64,000 nt of DNA from Selaginella moellendorffii (lineage: Eukaryota > Plantae > Lycopodiophyta), in assembly GCF_000143415.4 (NCBI RefSeq), contig NW_003314292.1, positions 1,185,498 through 1,249,497 on the forward strand, written 5' to 3'. The stretch's first letter is position 1. Each line of letters begins with the position of its first letter. A model generated the notes under the pieces. That model was not told the origin of the DNA. It searched no databases and saw nothing but the letters and a program-made list of their open reading frames with translations. Position numbers and translations under genes: made by a program. Shown one piece after another: positions 23,501-34,714 of this stretch.

Positions 23501-25192
23501 AAGTGCTTTTCTATTATAACAAGTTTGCTTCAAAGATGTAGTAGAGAACATAATAACTAGCGGTTGAACTCCTTCTCCAAACTACACACCTTTAACGCCG
23601 CTATACTCCAGTTAGACACATTTAATACTCCACTTTATCTTTGGATCCACCTTCACTAACCATGGCATCCCAAAAATGAAATCCACATAATGGATATCCA
23701 CAACATAAAAAGTCTCCACAAGTGTGGTGGTTTCAACCAACACTTCCAGCCCCTCTACACAAACATTGAAATGTTGAGTAAAAGTAATTGCACCTTCCAC
23801 CATGTATGGAAGAACTCCTCGTGTGACCAGGCTATGCTTCACAACAAACTTTGCTGAAACAAAGTTGTCATCACTCCCACTATCCAGTAAAATTTGCATT
23901 GGACCACCATCAAATACACCTTCTAACATTAAAGTTGATTCATGAGTATCCTCGAGTTCCATTTTGTTCCATACATAATTGAGTTGGCGAACAATGATCG
24001 AAAGCCTTTTCTTTCGACCAGAATGGTTGTCCCCATCATCCTCATATTGCAAAGTTTGTAACTTTTTAGCATCGGATTTACCATCAATAAAAGATTGGCC
24101 ATTCTTCTTGCCCTGCTGTTTGTTCTTCAACTATGGACAATCAGCCTTGTAGTGTCTAAACTGGCCACAATGATGACAACTTTGTTTATAATTCTTCACA
24201 AAGAACTTCTACTTCTTTGACCCTTTTGCATCCGAAGTAGTCACCACAAACTTTAACTTATGGTGCTTATTCCCATCCTTGTGTCCACAGTGATCACGAC
24301 AATTCTTGACAGAAGGACTTTGCGAATGCTTGCAAGACTTATGCTTATCATTGTCAAGTCGACAAGTTGTATCAAAGAACTTCTCTAAACTCTTTCTAGG
24401 TTAAGAATAATGCAAGTGTTGCCGCATGCTCTCACTATGAAGACCATCAATGAAGTAGGACCTATTCTGATCTGGATCCTTTGTTAGAACACAGCTAATC
24501 AAACAAGTAAGCTTCTAAATATAGTCCTCGAGTGTCATTTTCCTTTACTAGAAATGTCAAAATTTTGTGCGAGCATTCTCCACATTGTAGTGAGGGGCAA
24601 AACGTAAATGGAAAGCAGCCTCAAACTTATCCATAGTAGACACTAATGGTTTTTTATTTGCAACACAAGACTCCTTAAGCCAATTCCACCACCGAATACC
24701 TGCATCATGCAAAACCATTGGAATAGCCACTAACGCCTTTATATCTGGAATTCCCTTAGCAACCAAGAATTTCTTCACATTGGATAGCCAAGCAAGACAC
24801 TCATCCACACCACCATCATTGGAAAAGGTTGGAATCTTGAGTCGATCTACCAAAGAAGGCTTACTTGGAGTGCTACCATGTCCAACCTCAAGTGCCTCAA
24901 CATGCCCATGCATGGTATCCATCATGCCATGCATCTCGTCTTGCATCTCGTCTTGCATTTCTTGTTGATTTCGATTAAAGGTTTGTAGTTCATGAACAAC
25001 ATCTTGAATGGTCCAAACCTCCGCAACTCCATAAGCACTATCTTCGGCACCACCATCGACAATAGGATTCCAGCATTTAGCTTGGTTGGCCATTAGAACC
25101 AACCCCTCTAATATTAATGTTATGATTTGGTGAAAAAAAACAAAGATCTAGTCACTTTGGACTATGCTATGCCATCTCTTGAAGTTACTCAC

Positions 25193-26323
25193 TGTAGCGC
25201 ATGTGGTTTTGACCCTTTATCCTATGGTGATTTACCATAGGATAACACCACGAAGCGGAACCTAAACCCTCTATGTGCCATGTGATAGATGCCACGGTCA
25301 TATGCCACGTGTCCATAGGAACCTGAAGTTCAAGGCCTTGGGCCACTGAACGAAGGAACAGTGCATAACTCCCAAGCGTGAAGCCAAAGAGTGATGGAAC
25401 CGAACCACGGAGCAACTCCCGAGCATTAAGCCCGAGGAGCGAAGGGACAGGAGCCCGGAGCGACTTGGAACAGTCCTAGAGTAACCAGCATCCCAATGCC
25501 AGGAGTAGCACGCAAAACGGAGCCAAACAGAGTCTGGCACTATTTCGGCATACCGGTGGCCTAACGCGAGAATATGGGTACTCCACCAACTAGCATGGGC
25601 TTAGACCCAAGCCGGACGCAGAACAAGGACAGGCACACAAGCGAGAGCTAGACTATGCCTCAGGTTGGTCAGCCATGCCCGACCTACCCACTATCCCTAC
25701 TATACCATTTGGAACCCCCTATAGCCCCCCCCCCCCCCCCCCCCTTGAGGAACACATGCTTTGGGCTTTCACCCCAAGCTTCCCTTAGTATCAGGAGTTA
25801 GTCTCTGGGACAAGCTCGAAATTTACTAAATATGGAATGTCTCTAGATTGTGAATTTGGATATGGGACGAACACTATTGTGTTCAAACCAATCTCTACAT
25901 TCCGTAGATATGCCAAATGAGCAAATCTGGACACTTTCCATAAATAGCATTTGGGACCGAAATGAGACTAAAACAAAGGGCATGATAGCGAGGGTGTTTG
26001 GCAGACATGGTAAGCTATCATGTAGCGATATTGAGGGACTAATCTCAATATACAAGGGTTCTTGTCACTAGCAAGTGCAAGACAAAACGAGACAGGAACT
26101 CCTTACCGGGCTAAGTATGCTTAGCTAATAACACGTAGGAATTCCGTCTTTATGCTCGTCCGGTCTAAGTACACTCGAAATGCCTAGTTAACTCCACTAG
26201 CACAAGAGGGATTGATAAAGGGTCCAGCAATACTGACCTCCTGCCATCGTGGCAGTAAGGTAAGAGTGTCCGTAAGGACTGGTCGATAGGTAACTTTTGA
26301 TACCCGAAGTCACATTCGTGACA
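25193..26323 (-). mobile_element. Solo LTR of a B-related subfamily inserted in the 5' LTR of C
   Basis: The reverse complement begins TGTCACGAATGTGACTTCGGGTATC and ends GCGCTACA, like the B LTRs. Perfect TSD CTCAC. Its flanks rejoin to match the C 3' LTR (13163-13384). Confidence 0.93.
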
Positions 26324-26665
26324 CTCACCACCCAACCACCCCCGAACTACCTCAAAAACTCCATTGTGCCACCATTCCACTGTGAGCCTTAGAGTAGGTT
26401 AAGTCCCTTAGCCTAACATGCCTTAATATACCCTTGAGCCTCCCTTTGACCGATGTTGACTACGTGGTCAAAGCTAGTGCCTAACATCACGAGCATCTTG
26501 TTTCCATATTCACACCAATACCTTATATTTTGTTAAAAAAATATACATAATTAATAATAAAAAGCTTGTGTTTTTGGGTCATTTTAAATCTCCAGATCAC
26601 AATTTTTGTTGAAAAACTGCCAAAAATCCACTTTATCACAAAAGGCTTCGAAAACGAATGCTAAA

Positions 26666-27740
26666 TTACATCACTAACTCATATGAGCTTTGACAAAGAT
26701 AATGCAATTGTTGGAAGGCATTATCACAATCATCGGCATGTCCGAATGTGCATTTGAAGATGTCTGGGAGAACATTCCAATCCCCATGAGTGGTTACACT
26801 CAAACTATTGTACCACTGTAGCACCATCCCTTGGAGATACATGGGAAACTCATGCAAATATTGAGTATCATCCCAGAAATGATATGTGGCAATCACCGTG
26901 AAGTGATCGAACCAATGGTACACATCATCCCCAGAATTCCCATGAAAGAACTCTGGCCGAACGCAAGGATTGGCACCAAGAGCAAAAAGAGTTGTACCAC
27001 GTGCTATGAATGCCACCATCAATTGAATTTGGTTGTTCAATTGCAATTGCATAGCATCAAGCAATTGCATCAACTGCTGCTCTAGAGTTAATGGAAGAGG
27101 AGACTACTGCTCTGCCATGAAAATAAATGAAAAAGGAAGAAGCAAAAGAAGGGAGAAAAAAAAAACTAAAAGGAAAGGGAGATCTAAACAATGTAAAAGC
27201 TAAATCTAAACCAAAATCCCAAAAGGAAAGAACAAAAAAAAGAAAATGGAAAAAACTAGATCTAAACTAAAATCCTAGGGTATAACTCTAAAGAACTAGT
27301 GTGGCCAGGGAAGGCTAGTATGACTCAAGAAGGCTATGCCATATGATGAGTGATAATATGAATGTTAGAGAGTTCAAGGCTAAGGTGAACATGAATGGAT
27401 AAGTGAAATAACTTAGTGAAATATTCAAAAAGTTATTCTACCTCTTTTGGGAGATCAAATGGTTAATGCTCTCAATCTAAGTGTGGGTAGCACTGTCTAC
27501 TTGGATATCTTACTTGACTCATTAGAACTTTGCTTTAGCCATATGATTAGAGCATTTTGGTGGCAAAAGGTGGGGAGAGTATTTATAAAACTTGCATTAG
27601 GCTATAATGTTTTGAAATGTCATCCCAAATTCCCAAAAAGGAGTGGTCCTCTTACTTAGTAACCAAGGGTATAATTATATGGTGAGGAAGTCTCAGAAGT
27701 TAATAGGACTTAGTGGATAAATGGGCTTTGGGGCTTTGAC
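26666..27740 (-). mobile_element. Retrotransposon gag fragment plus LTR remnant (family D); second copy at about 63270-64000 (+)
   Basis: VRPEFFHGNSGDDVYHWFDHF..LQGMVLQWY resembles Retrotrans_gag. An inverted homolog lies at the window end. Confidence 0.7.
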
Positions 27741-30700
27741 CTAGTGGTGGTGTTGATAAGCATCTTTTTGTATTATAAAAATGTTAATTCCTCCTTTAGG
27801 TACATCCTTAACTCCTTGGATTGAGGTGAAAGCTAAAGCATGCATTCATATGGAAGGGGGAGCTAAGGGGGTTTTAAATGTATAATAGGGAGTGGTTAAA
27901 AGTATAGTTGACCATCTGAGACATTAGTTTGACTTTCATTAGGCTATATTGCTTTTTATTATCTAGCTTGGGCAATTGCTCTAATTAATGGGGTACCCAT
28001 CTCCTCATATTAAGCCATTAGTATATTGAAATTGTATTAGACACCATTTGATATTGTTTTGCATACAAGAGTTGAATACAGAGAGCTAATGTTTGTAAGG
28101 GATATAAATGCATATTAGAGCTTTGTTTTATAGTGCAACAAAATTGAAGTTTGGCTCCAACTTTATGTATACTACAGTTTAAGCTCAAACTCTATACCAT
28201 ACTAGCTAGTGGAGTTTCTATATCCTTTTATTAGGCCACCAATATAGTGAAATAGTGCCAAACTCTATTTGGCTTCGTTTTGTATATTAGTCTTAGTATT
28301 GGGATGCTGAATACTCTAGAACTATTCTAATGTTAAATCAAGCTTTTAGTCATGTAAAGTGTGATCATATTAATGTTATGTTTGTCCATGATATATTGCC
28401 AATACTAACTTCCATAGGATATGATTACACAATGTTTTTTGTTCTTGATGTCCTATTATTTCCCACTAACATGGATTGTGATCATGATATCAATTAGAGA
28501 GTTATGGATAATACAGTTTAGTTCTTAGAGGATGTTTAATGATCAAGCTTATAGAAAGATGATGTGTACAAGCTCAAGTAAATCATTTACATTCTAATTT
28601 CATGTCAAGCCTCTATGAATACATAAAGAAGCACACATTAATTTCAAAAGACATAGAAATGTAGGATTCCTAGCATTAATGAGGAATTTAATTGTTTTAA
28701 AGATGGATGTGAGGACAAGCTAGAGATTTCACAAAATAAGTATCAATCTTTAAATCTGCCATGTGATTCTTTCTTTTGCATTTCTCTCTTTCCTAACCTT
28801 TTTATTATTTCTTGGCCTATGCCATCTTTTCAGATTTCTAATATACTTTCCTCATTTGCAACATTTCTTTTTCATAATACGTCAATTATTTATGACTCTT
28901 ATGATTCTTATTCTCAATGTGATGTTGGGCTAAGTAATATGGAGCATATATGTGAAACCAAAAATCTTATTTTTGTTTCATTAGTAGATTATTTCTGGTG
29001 TTGAGTATGCTTTTGTTTTAAGGGTTGGAGTAACTTTTGCTAAAATTTCAAGTTGAGTGCATTTTCCCTAACAATACTTGACATGGGAAAATTAAAGAAA
29101 ATTTTAATGCTCTCAAGAGAATGAAGAACTCCTTACTTCAGTAGTAATTATATTAAATTGGACTTATTACTTTTGTTTTTGTCCAACACTACATCTAGGA
29201 GGTTGCTCTCACTTTATTTCTCTTTTGCATCTTCGTTATCCCCTCCTCAAAGGAAAATACTGATTTTATTTGGGTTTGTTATGTTTGTCCTCTATTATAT
29301 TTATTTATCCTTATTGCATTGGAGCTATAAATGTTTCATTTGGACTCATTACATTTATCTCTTTTACCCCCTTCTTTGAAGAAAAAGTGGATAAAAAAGC
29401 ATTAAATGGAAACTTTTTAATAGTTGTCAAAATAGAAATGGAGAAATAATAAGAAAGAAATCTTGGATAACAATAGACCTCCTTGTATATAAGACTTTGT
29501 CCAAGAAAAAAGGCTGGATAACAAAGAATATCTTATTATAAACTATTTCAGCCAACATAAAATAAGTAATAATCTAAGACTACCATTAACTCAAATCTAC
29601 GACCATCAGTAAAACTTGTCTCTATGTCTTCCCTTTGGTCAACCTTTGAGACTCATACGTTTATGGAGTCTTTAGCTAGTAGACAGATTTAGAAATGGGA
29701 TGTATCATTTATTATTATGGTATGTTATGGACTGCAATAGTTCTTAAATTCCCTTGCTTCGGTTCAAAGTTATGGTTTTGAGATTGGTTTGAGCATTTAT
29801 TAGTTGCAAATAAGGCTGTAGTTGGCTCTTCAAAATTTCATAGTTGGATGATATTTATGCCATAGTCTTAAGTTCTATTTCTACTATGGTTGTCAGCAAG
29901 CTAATATATATAAGCCAATCCAACAGCTACCAAAATCCCACTACATTAATATTAGTATACAACATCACTTCGACCTCACATCATCCCCTCCTCTCAGAAT
30001 GATAGAAGACCATCAGGGTTCTCTCATAGATGGGCTAGGATCTGGAGGAATATTAGGAAGCATCAGTGGATTTGTAGGTGGTATCAATTATTCTTGATCC
30101 CCTTATACAAATCGTTTCAACCACTGCACATGCACAATTTCTAGAGGATCAACCTGGTGGACGTTATGCCGAATCTCATAAACTTGCAGTCCAACTTGCC
30201 ACAACACCTAATACAATCCTTTCCACTAAGCAAAAAGCCCCTTACATAAACCATGTACCATAAGATGGGAAAAAGAATTAACACCAAGTCATTCACTTTG
30301 GACTTTGTAGGTGGATAATGATAGGAGTTATAGCACTGTTGTTGTCACACTTGTACATAGCCTAAGTGTTCGGTAGACTCTACCCTAACAAGTGGAAGAA
30401 TGCTCATCAAATACTAATCCCATGACCTAACATCGGCAACTCATAGCAATCACAAAGGTAAACTCAACTCTATTAGTAATATTGAATCATGACTATAAAA
30501 GAGTTTATATGGTGAAGCACTAACAAAACTCCACATTGCTATAATATATGCATACCGAAGAGATAGCAAATAACCATCTCAATCTAAATGCTAAAAGTTC
30601 ACATACTTCACAATCATCTCTTTGAATGTCCAAATGAGCCATTCCACCAAACTATCTTACTGTGAAATACTCATATATTTACTCATGTAAATACTTGTGA

Positions 30701-30780
30701 AATTATAGCATATCCCATGGTAGTAGTATGATCAAATGGATCAATCAAGCTATAGACCTCTGTCTATATCTGTTTTGATG
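27740..30780. mobile_element. Highly decayed AT-rich retroelement debris with partner segments at about 52780-55680
   Basis: 28380-29150 matches 53330-53960 inverted, and 29270-29560 matches 52900-53290 direct. B-like LTR traces at about 27850-28330 and 54540-55130. Confidence 0.55.
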
Positions 30781-31038
30781 ATGACAATGGACTTGGGAAC
30801 AAGTTGCTACAAAAGACATATGTGATAATAGTTTGTGACCACACCACCTCATGCTATCATTCTACAGTCAGGCCCATGCAGGAATCCCATGGCAGACTTC
30901 TAGATGAAGGATAAGGAGGAACACTGAGTCTGACCTACTAGCCACAATGCAAAACGTGCATCTCCTGCAGCTCAGAGCCAACCTGCCTGTCACATAGGCA
31001 TTGACCTGGCCATCCAGGTGGCATGGATAAGGCACAGC

Positions 31039-31282
31039 TGCCACGTGGAATATTTCTAGAGGTCTGGCCAGATATTCATGTCTCGTGTTAATTGAGGCAA
31101 TTCCTAAAGTCTTGAGACATTCAATATTATGTACCATAGGTTGTTATACCTTCCCACGCGCTCCACAATGGTCTATGTACGAACTGTTGTTTGTTCTAAA
31201 TTTTCAGGTTTTCCTTGTTAATTAATGCATTAAGGCATTCTGGAGTTCTCCATAAGTACGTGGCCACAAGAAGGATATATAA
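31039..31282 (+). promoter_or_regulatory. Putative promoter of the LamG gene: G-box/ABRE motifs plus TATA box
   Basis: TGCCACGTGG at 31039, TACGTGGC at 31257 and TATATAA at 31276. ATG at 31314. Confidence 0.5.
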
Positions 31283-31313
31283 GAATGCAGCAGCAAGTGA
31301 AAATCATAACACA

Positions 31314-32042
31314 ATGGCTTCCCATCTCTCTTTCTACTTTGCTCTTGCTGTTCTTCTGGCCACTGTGGTGGATGCTTCGAATTCCATTTCTTCGACATCA
31401 GATGAGGCTGTGGGCATCTCTAAGTCACTGTTTGCATGGTGGAAGCTGGATGAGAAGATAGGCTTCCTGGTCGCAGACTCGTCTGGGAACAAGGCAACTG
31501 GGCTTGTGAAGCAGGCCGGGTCCCAACTTGCTCACACAACTGATGGTATTGTGTTTGATGGTGCAACATACATTTCCATGGGCACCACGCCCTCTCTCTC
31601 TGGGCAGACTGATTTTGCTGTTCATGCTTGGGTGAAGGTCCCACCCCACATCAAGCAGCAACTGTGCGTCATCCAGCAACGCTCTGATATCTATGGTGAG
31701 TGGTGGCTATGGATCCTCAATGGCAATCTATGGTTTACGGTGTACAATCGTGAGTACCAGTTCAACATTAAGGGAACAGTGCCAGTCACTGATGGAACTT
31801 GGCACCATGTTGCTGCAGTCCGAAATGGCACTGTTGGGTCTATCTACGTTGATTCTAAACTTGATAAGTCACAGAACGGCTCCAAGATAGTCAACCTCAA
31901 TTCCAGCCTACCTGTCTTCATTGGTTATGACCCCCGTGACAACAAACGCTACTTTCATGGTGAACTCAAGGAGGTTCAGATCTTCAGTGCTGCTGTTGTG
32001 CCTGTGGGCTTCAACCCAATGTCTAGCTATGGAATCATGTAA
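31314..32042 (+). CDS. Secreted LamG-like jellyroll (ConA-like lectin/glucanase, Laminin_G_3) protein, intronless
   Basis: Signal-peptide-like MASHLSFYFALAVLLATVVDA. Motifs WWKLDE..G...ADSSGN..TG, FDG, FAVHAWVK, DGTWHHVAAVRNG..SIYVD and VFIG..YFHGELKEVQIF. AATAAA at 32077. Confidence 0.88.
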   Translation: MASHLSFYFALAVLLATVVDASNSISSTSDEAVGISKSLFAWWKLDEKIGFLVADSSGNKATGLVKQAGSQLAHTTDGIVFDGATYISMGTTPSLSGQTDFAVHAWVKVPPHIKQQLCVIQQRSDIYGEWWLWILNGNLWFTVYNREYQFNIKGTVPVTDGTWHHVAAVRNGTVGSIYVDSKLDKSQNGSKIVNLNSSLPVFIGYDPRDNKRYFHGELKEVQIFSAAVVPVGFNPMSSYGIM

Positions 32043-33922
32043 GCTTATGCTCCTCTGACATGGATTCATATACGTAAATAAAGAGGAGCTGGTTTGTTAT
32101 ATTCTATGAAGTATGGCATGCTTCTTATGAATTGAATGTAGAATATACATTTCTCTAGTGTCCATAGTTCCACAATCCAACAAAGATGTATGGACAGAAT
32201 GGCAGCATTCAACATGCGTGGCAGTGCTTCGCCAGAATTCAGCAGCTGACTGTTGTTTCAGGGAATGGCATGCTTGTAGCGCTTGCCTGGAATGGGCACT
32301 TGCAGCAGGCAATGATGCAATTGCAATGCCTGGACAACAGTATTATCGATCTAATCACTGAATAGGTACTTTGAGGGGCGTTTTAGGCTCCATATAGAAC
32401 AGTTTCAGAAGATGCATGTGAGAAATGTGTATCTTGGAATGCCATCATCTGACAGAGCGACATTTTCATGGCTAAGGTGGTCTTAAATTTTAATTCTTGT
32501 ATTTGTTGTTTTAAAACAAATTTGTGTTATATCATGTCAATACTGAATTTAAACCTCTGGTCACTCTTGGACCTTATTACCCTTGGAGGGCCTCCGCGCT
32601 AACATTGTATCGATATAATTTTTCAAGTTTTATGTACTAAGCATCTTTATTTTATTCTAAAAATAAAAAATAAAATAAAAAACAGAGAAAAAAACTTTAT
32701 CATCTCTTGCTGGGTTGCTTGTTGTCGTTGTTGATCTGGAGGAGGTTCTGGTCCATGGAGTTTGGTAGCAATGATGCTGAGAGGTGACAGTGTTTGATGC
32801 AAGAGATTCATAATGTTCTTACCAGACTTTGCCTATATTGTCATCCCCACCAGTACTGCTCAATCAATTCTTGCTCAGTGTGCTGATAGGCCAAGGATGT
32901 GCACAGGAGAAAACGGGTCAAAAGCAGTGATGAACTAGTCAAATTGTTTGTTCTCACGCACCTGTTGAAGCACCAATTTGATCTGATCATCTTTGTAGAC
33001 CAAAAAACCCTGATCAAACCGTGATTTGTCGCGCCTCCACGACATCAAGCCCTAGATCATATCATCTTACCCCACTGGCAGCAGTGGCACCAGGTCCGGT
33101 TCTTGACATCCATATCACCGCAAAGCCAAAGCTTCAACTGTTAGATTATACAGCTCAGGCATTCACACCCCAAAGTGCATGGAAGTTATGCTGAGGTCTT
33201 TTGTGGGAAACTTGATTTAGACATGAGCCCTCATTTCCAAGAATTTTGAGCGAATACCACGAGATGCTCAACCACCATGTTCTTCTTGGTTAACTGCATC
33301 ATCCTCTCCTCAATAGTTCCGCTAGCACTAATTAGCAGAGCCTATATAGATCATCACCTGGACAAATGAAAAAATTTGAGTAACAGCATCTGGAACAAGT
33401 TTTAATACCTACTTTGCTCGTCTGACCCCATGAGCACGAGCCTGCAAATCAGAATGTGGACTCCAGTCACTAATGTTGATGAGACATGGTATCTCAGCCT
33501 TCACAGCTTAGAAAACTCCACCCGCCGGTTAAGTACTGAGGGAGATATTTCTCTTGGGCATCCTTGACTGCCCACCCCCCACCCCCGCATCCCCCATTTA
33601 ATAATATTGTCTTCATTGCTTGTTCCACCAATGCAGGAAAAACTAGAATGCTCTAGATTGCATGATCTGGAAGGGGTTGCAGATCAGAAGTGAGGACCTT
33701 CCAGAAATTCATGATGGAACTGTCTCTGCTACCCTTGCCCTTGTTCTCAGCGGCGGCTTCATGGATGAGAAATACAAACATGTTCTACTGGAACTAGTTT
33801 ATAAATTTAAATCGCGTGCCCTTTGCGGAAACAAAATAATCTCAAAAGCTATCCTTAAAGAAAATTTTTATACTTGACCACAACCTCACAAATATATTTT
33901 TTTAAATTTTATCTCCCTATTT

Positions 33923-33925
<3 letters not shown>

Positions 33926-33953
<28 letters not shown>

Positions 33954-33967
33954 TGTGAGTGTGAGTG
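33926..33967. repeat. (GA)n/(GT)n microsatellite
   Basis: Direct inspection. Confidence 0.9.
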
Positions 33968-34714
33968 TTCGGTCCACCTCAAGAGATCTCGACACAATCC
34001 TGTATGGCCATTTGGCAAAAACTTTATCATACTGGAAACATAGCTCTAGAGCCCATAAATTAGGAGAATGCAAATTGAAAGGAAAGGATTTTACCACATC
34101 CAAATGTACAGTTATGATGTTATATACTAATATTAACATAATTGGATTTTGGTAGCTATGGGATTTGTTTTAATCTGGACCATTTGCACCTATATATAAA
34201 TTATGGTTTTTGAGCTAATTGATATGCACATTTTCTATATTCCTTTTTTATATTTTATGCACTCACATTGGTGGAAGGGGGCACTTTTGATTGTCCTTGA
34301 GGAAAGTTTGGATTATATAAGGATTTATCAAACCCTTTAGGGTTTGAGAAACAATCATTTGGGCTTTCACCTCAAACTTGAGCTTGGTCTTAAATTTAGT
34401 TTTGGACTAAGTTTTGGTTTTAGTTTCAATCTCAATCTTGGTCTCAGTTTTGGACTCTATCTCAAGTTTGGTCTTGACACTTTTACACATCACAACACTT
34501 GCTACATGTTGGTAATTTTTTCGTCTTTTATTTGAGACTCACTTACTAATGATTTTGTGTTTATTCCTTAAGCATTTCTTTAAAATTTCCACTTATGTTT
34601 TTGACTTTCCGAGTTGATGCAATGTGTTACGCTTGTTAAACTTCTACCTTGGCCACTACCACATGAATCACATTCAGCTCCACTTTGGGGTTTAAGGATT
34701 CTTATATTATATAG

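Larger units (their letters stand above)
6239..26486 (-). mobile_element. Old Ty3/gypsy LTR retrotransposon C, host of three nested insertions
   Basis: Gag (24557-25102), CCHC knuckle (about 24137-24178), protease ILLDSGSDDNF, RT, RNase H (CDASGY) and integrase. The integrase resumes at 13594 (YQVRLPTRVKIHIVFYV). A PPT at 13385-13400 precedes the 3' LTR (13384 down to 6239). 5' LTR remnant at 25117-26486 shares the TGTTAGGCAC start. Confidence 0.85.

Noticed and set aside
32150-32460. Possible PPR gene remnants, also at about 56800-57240
   Set aside because: Only faint F..M..R.V..W-like traces with many stops, which cannot be supported without a search.
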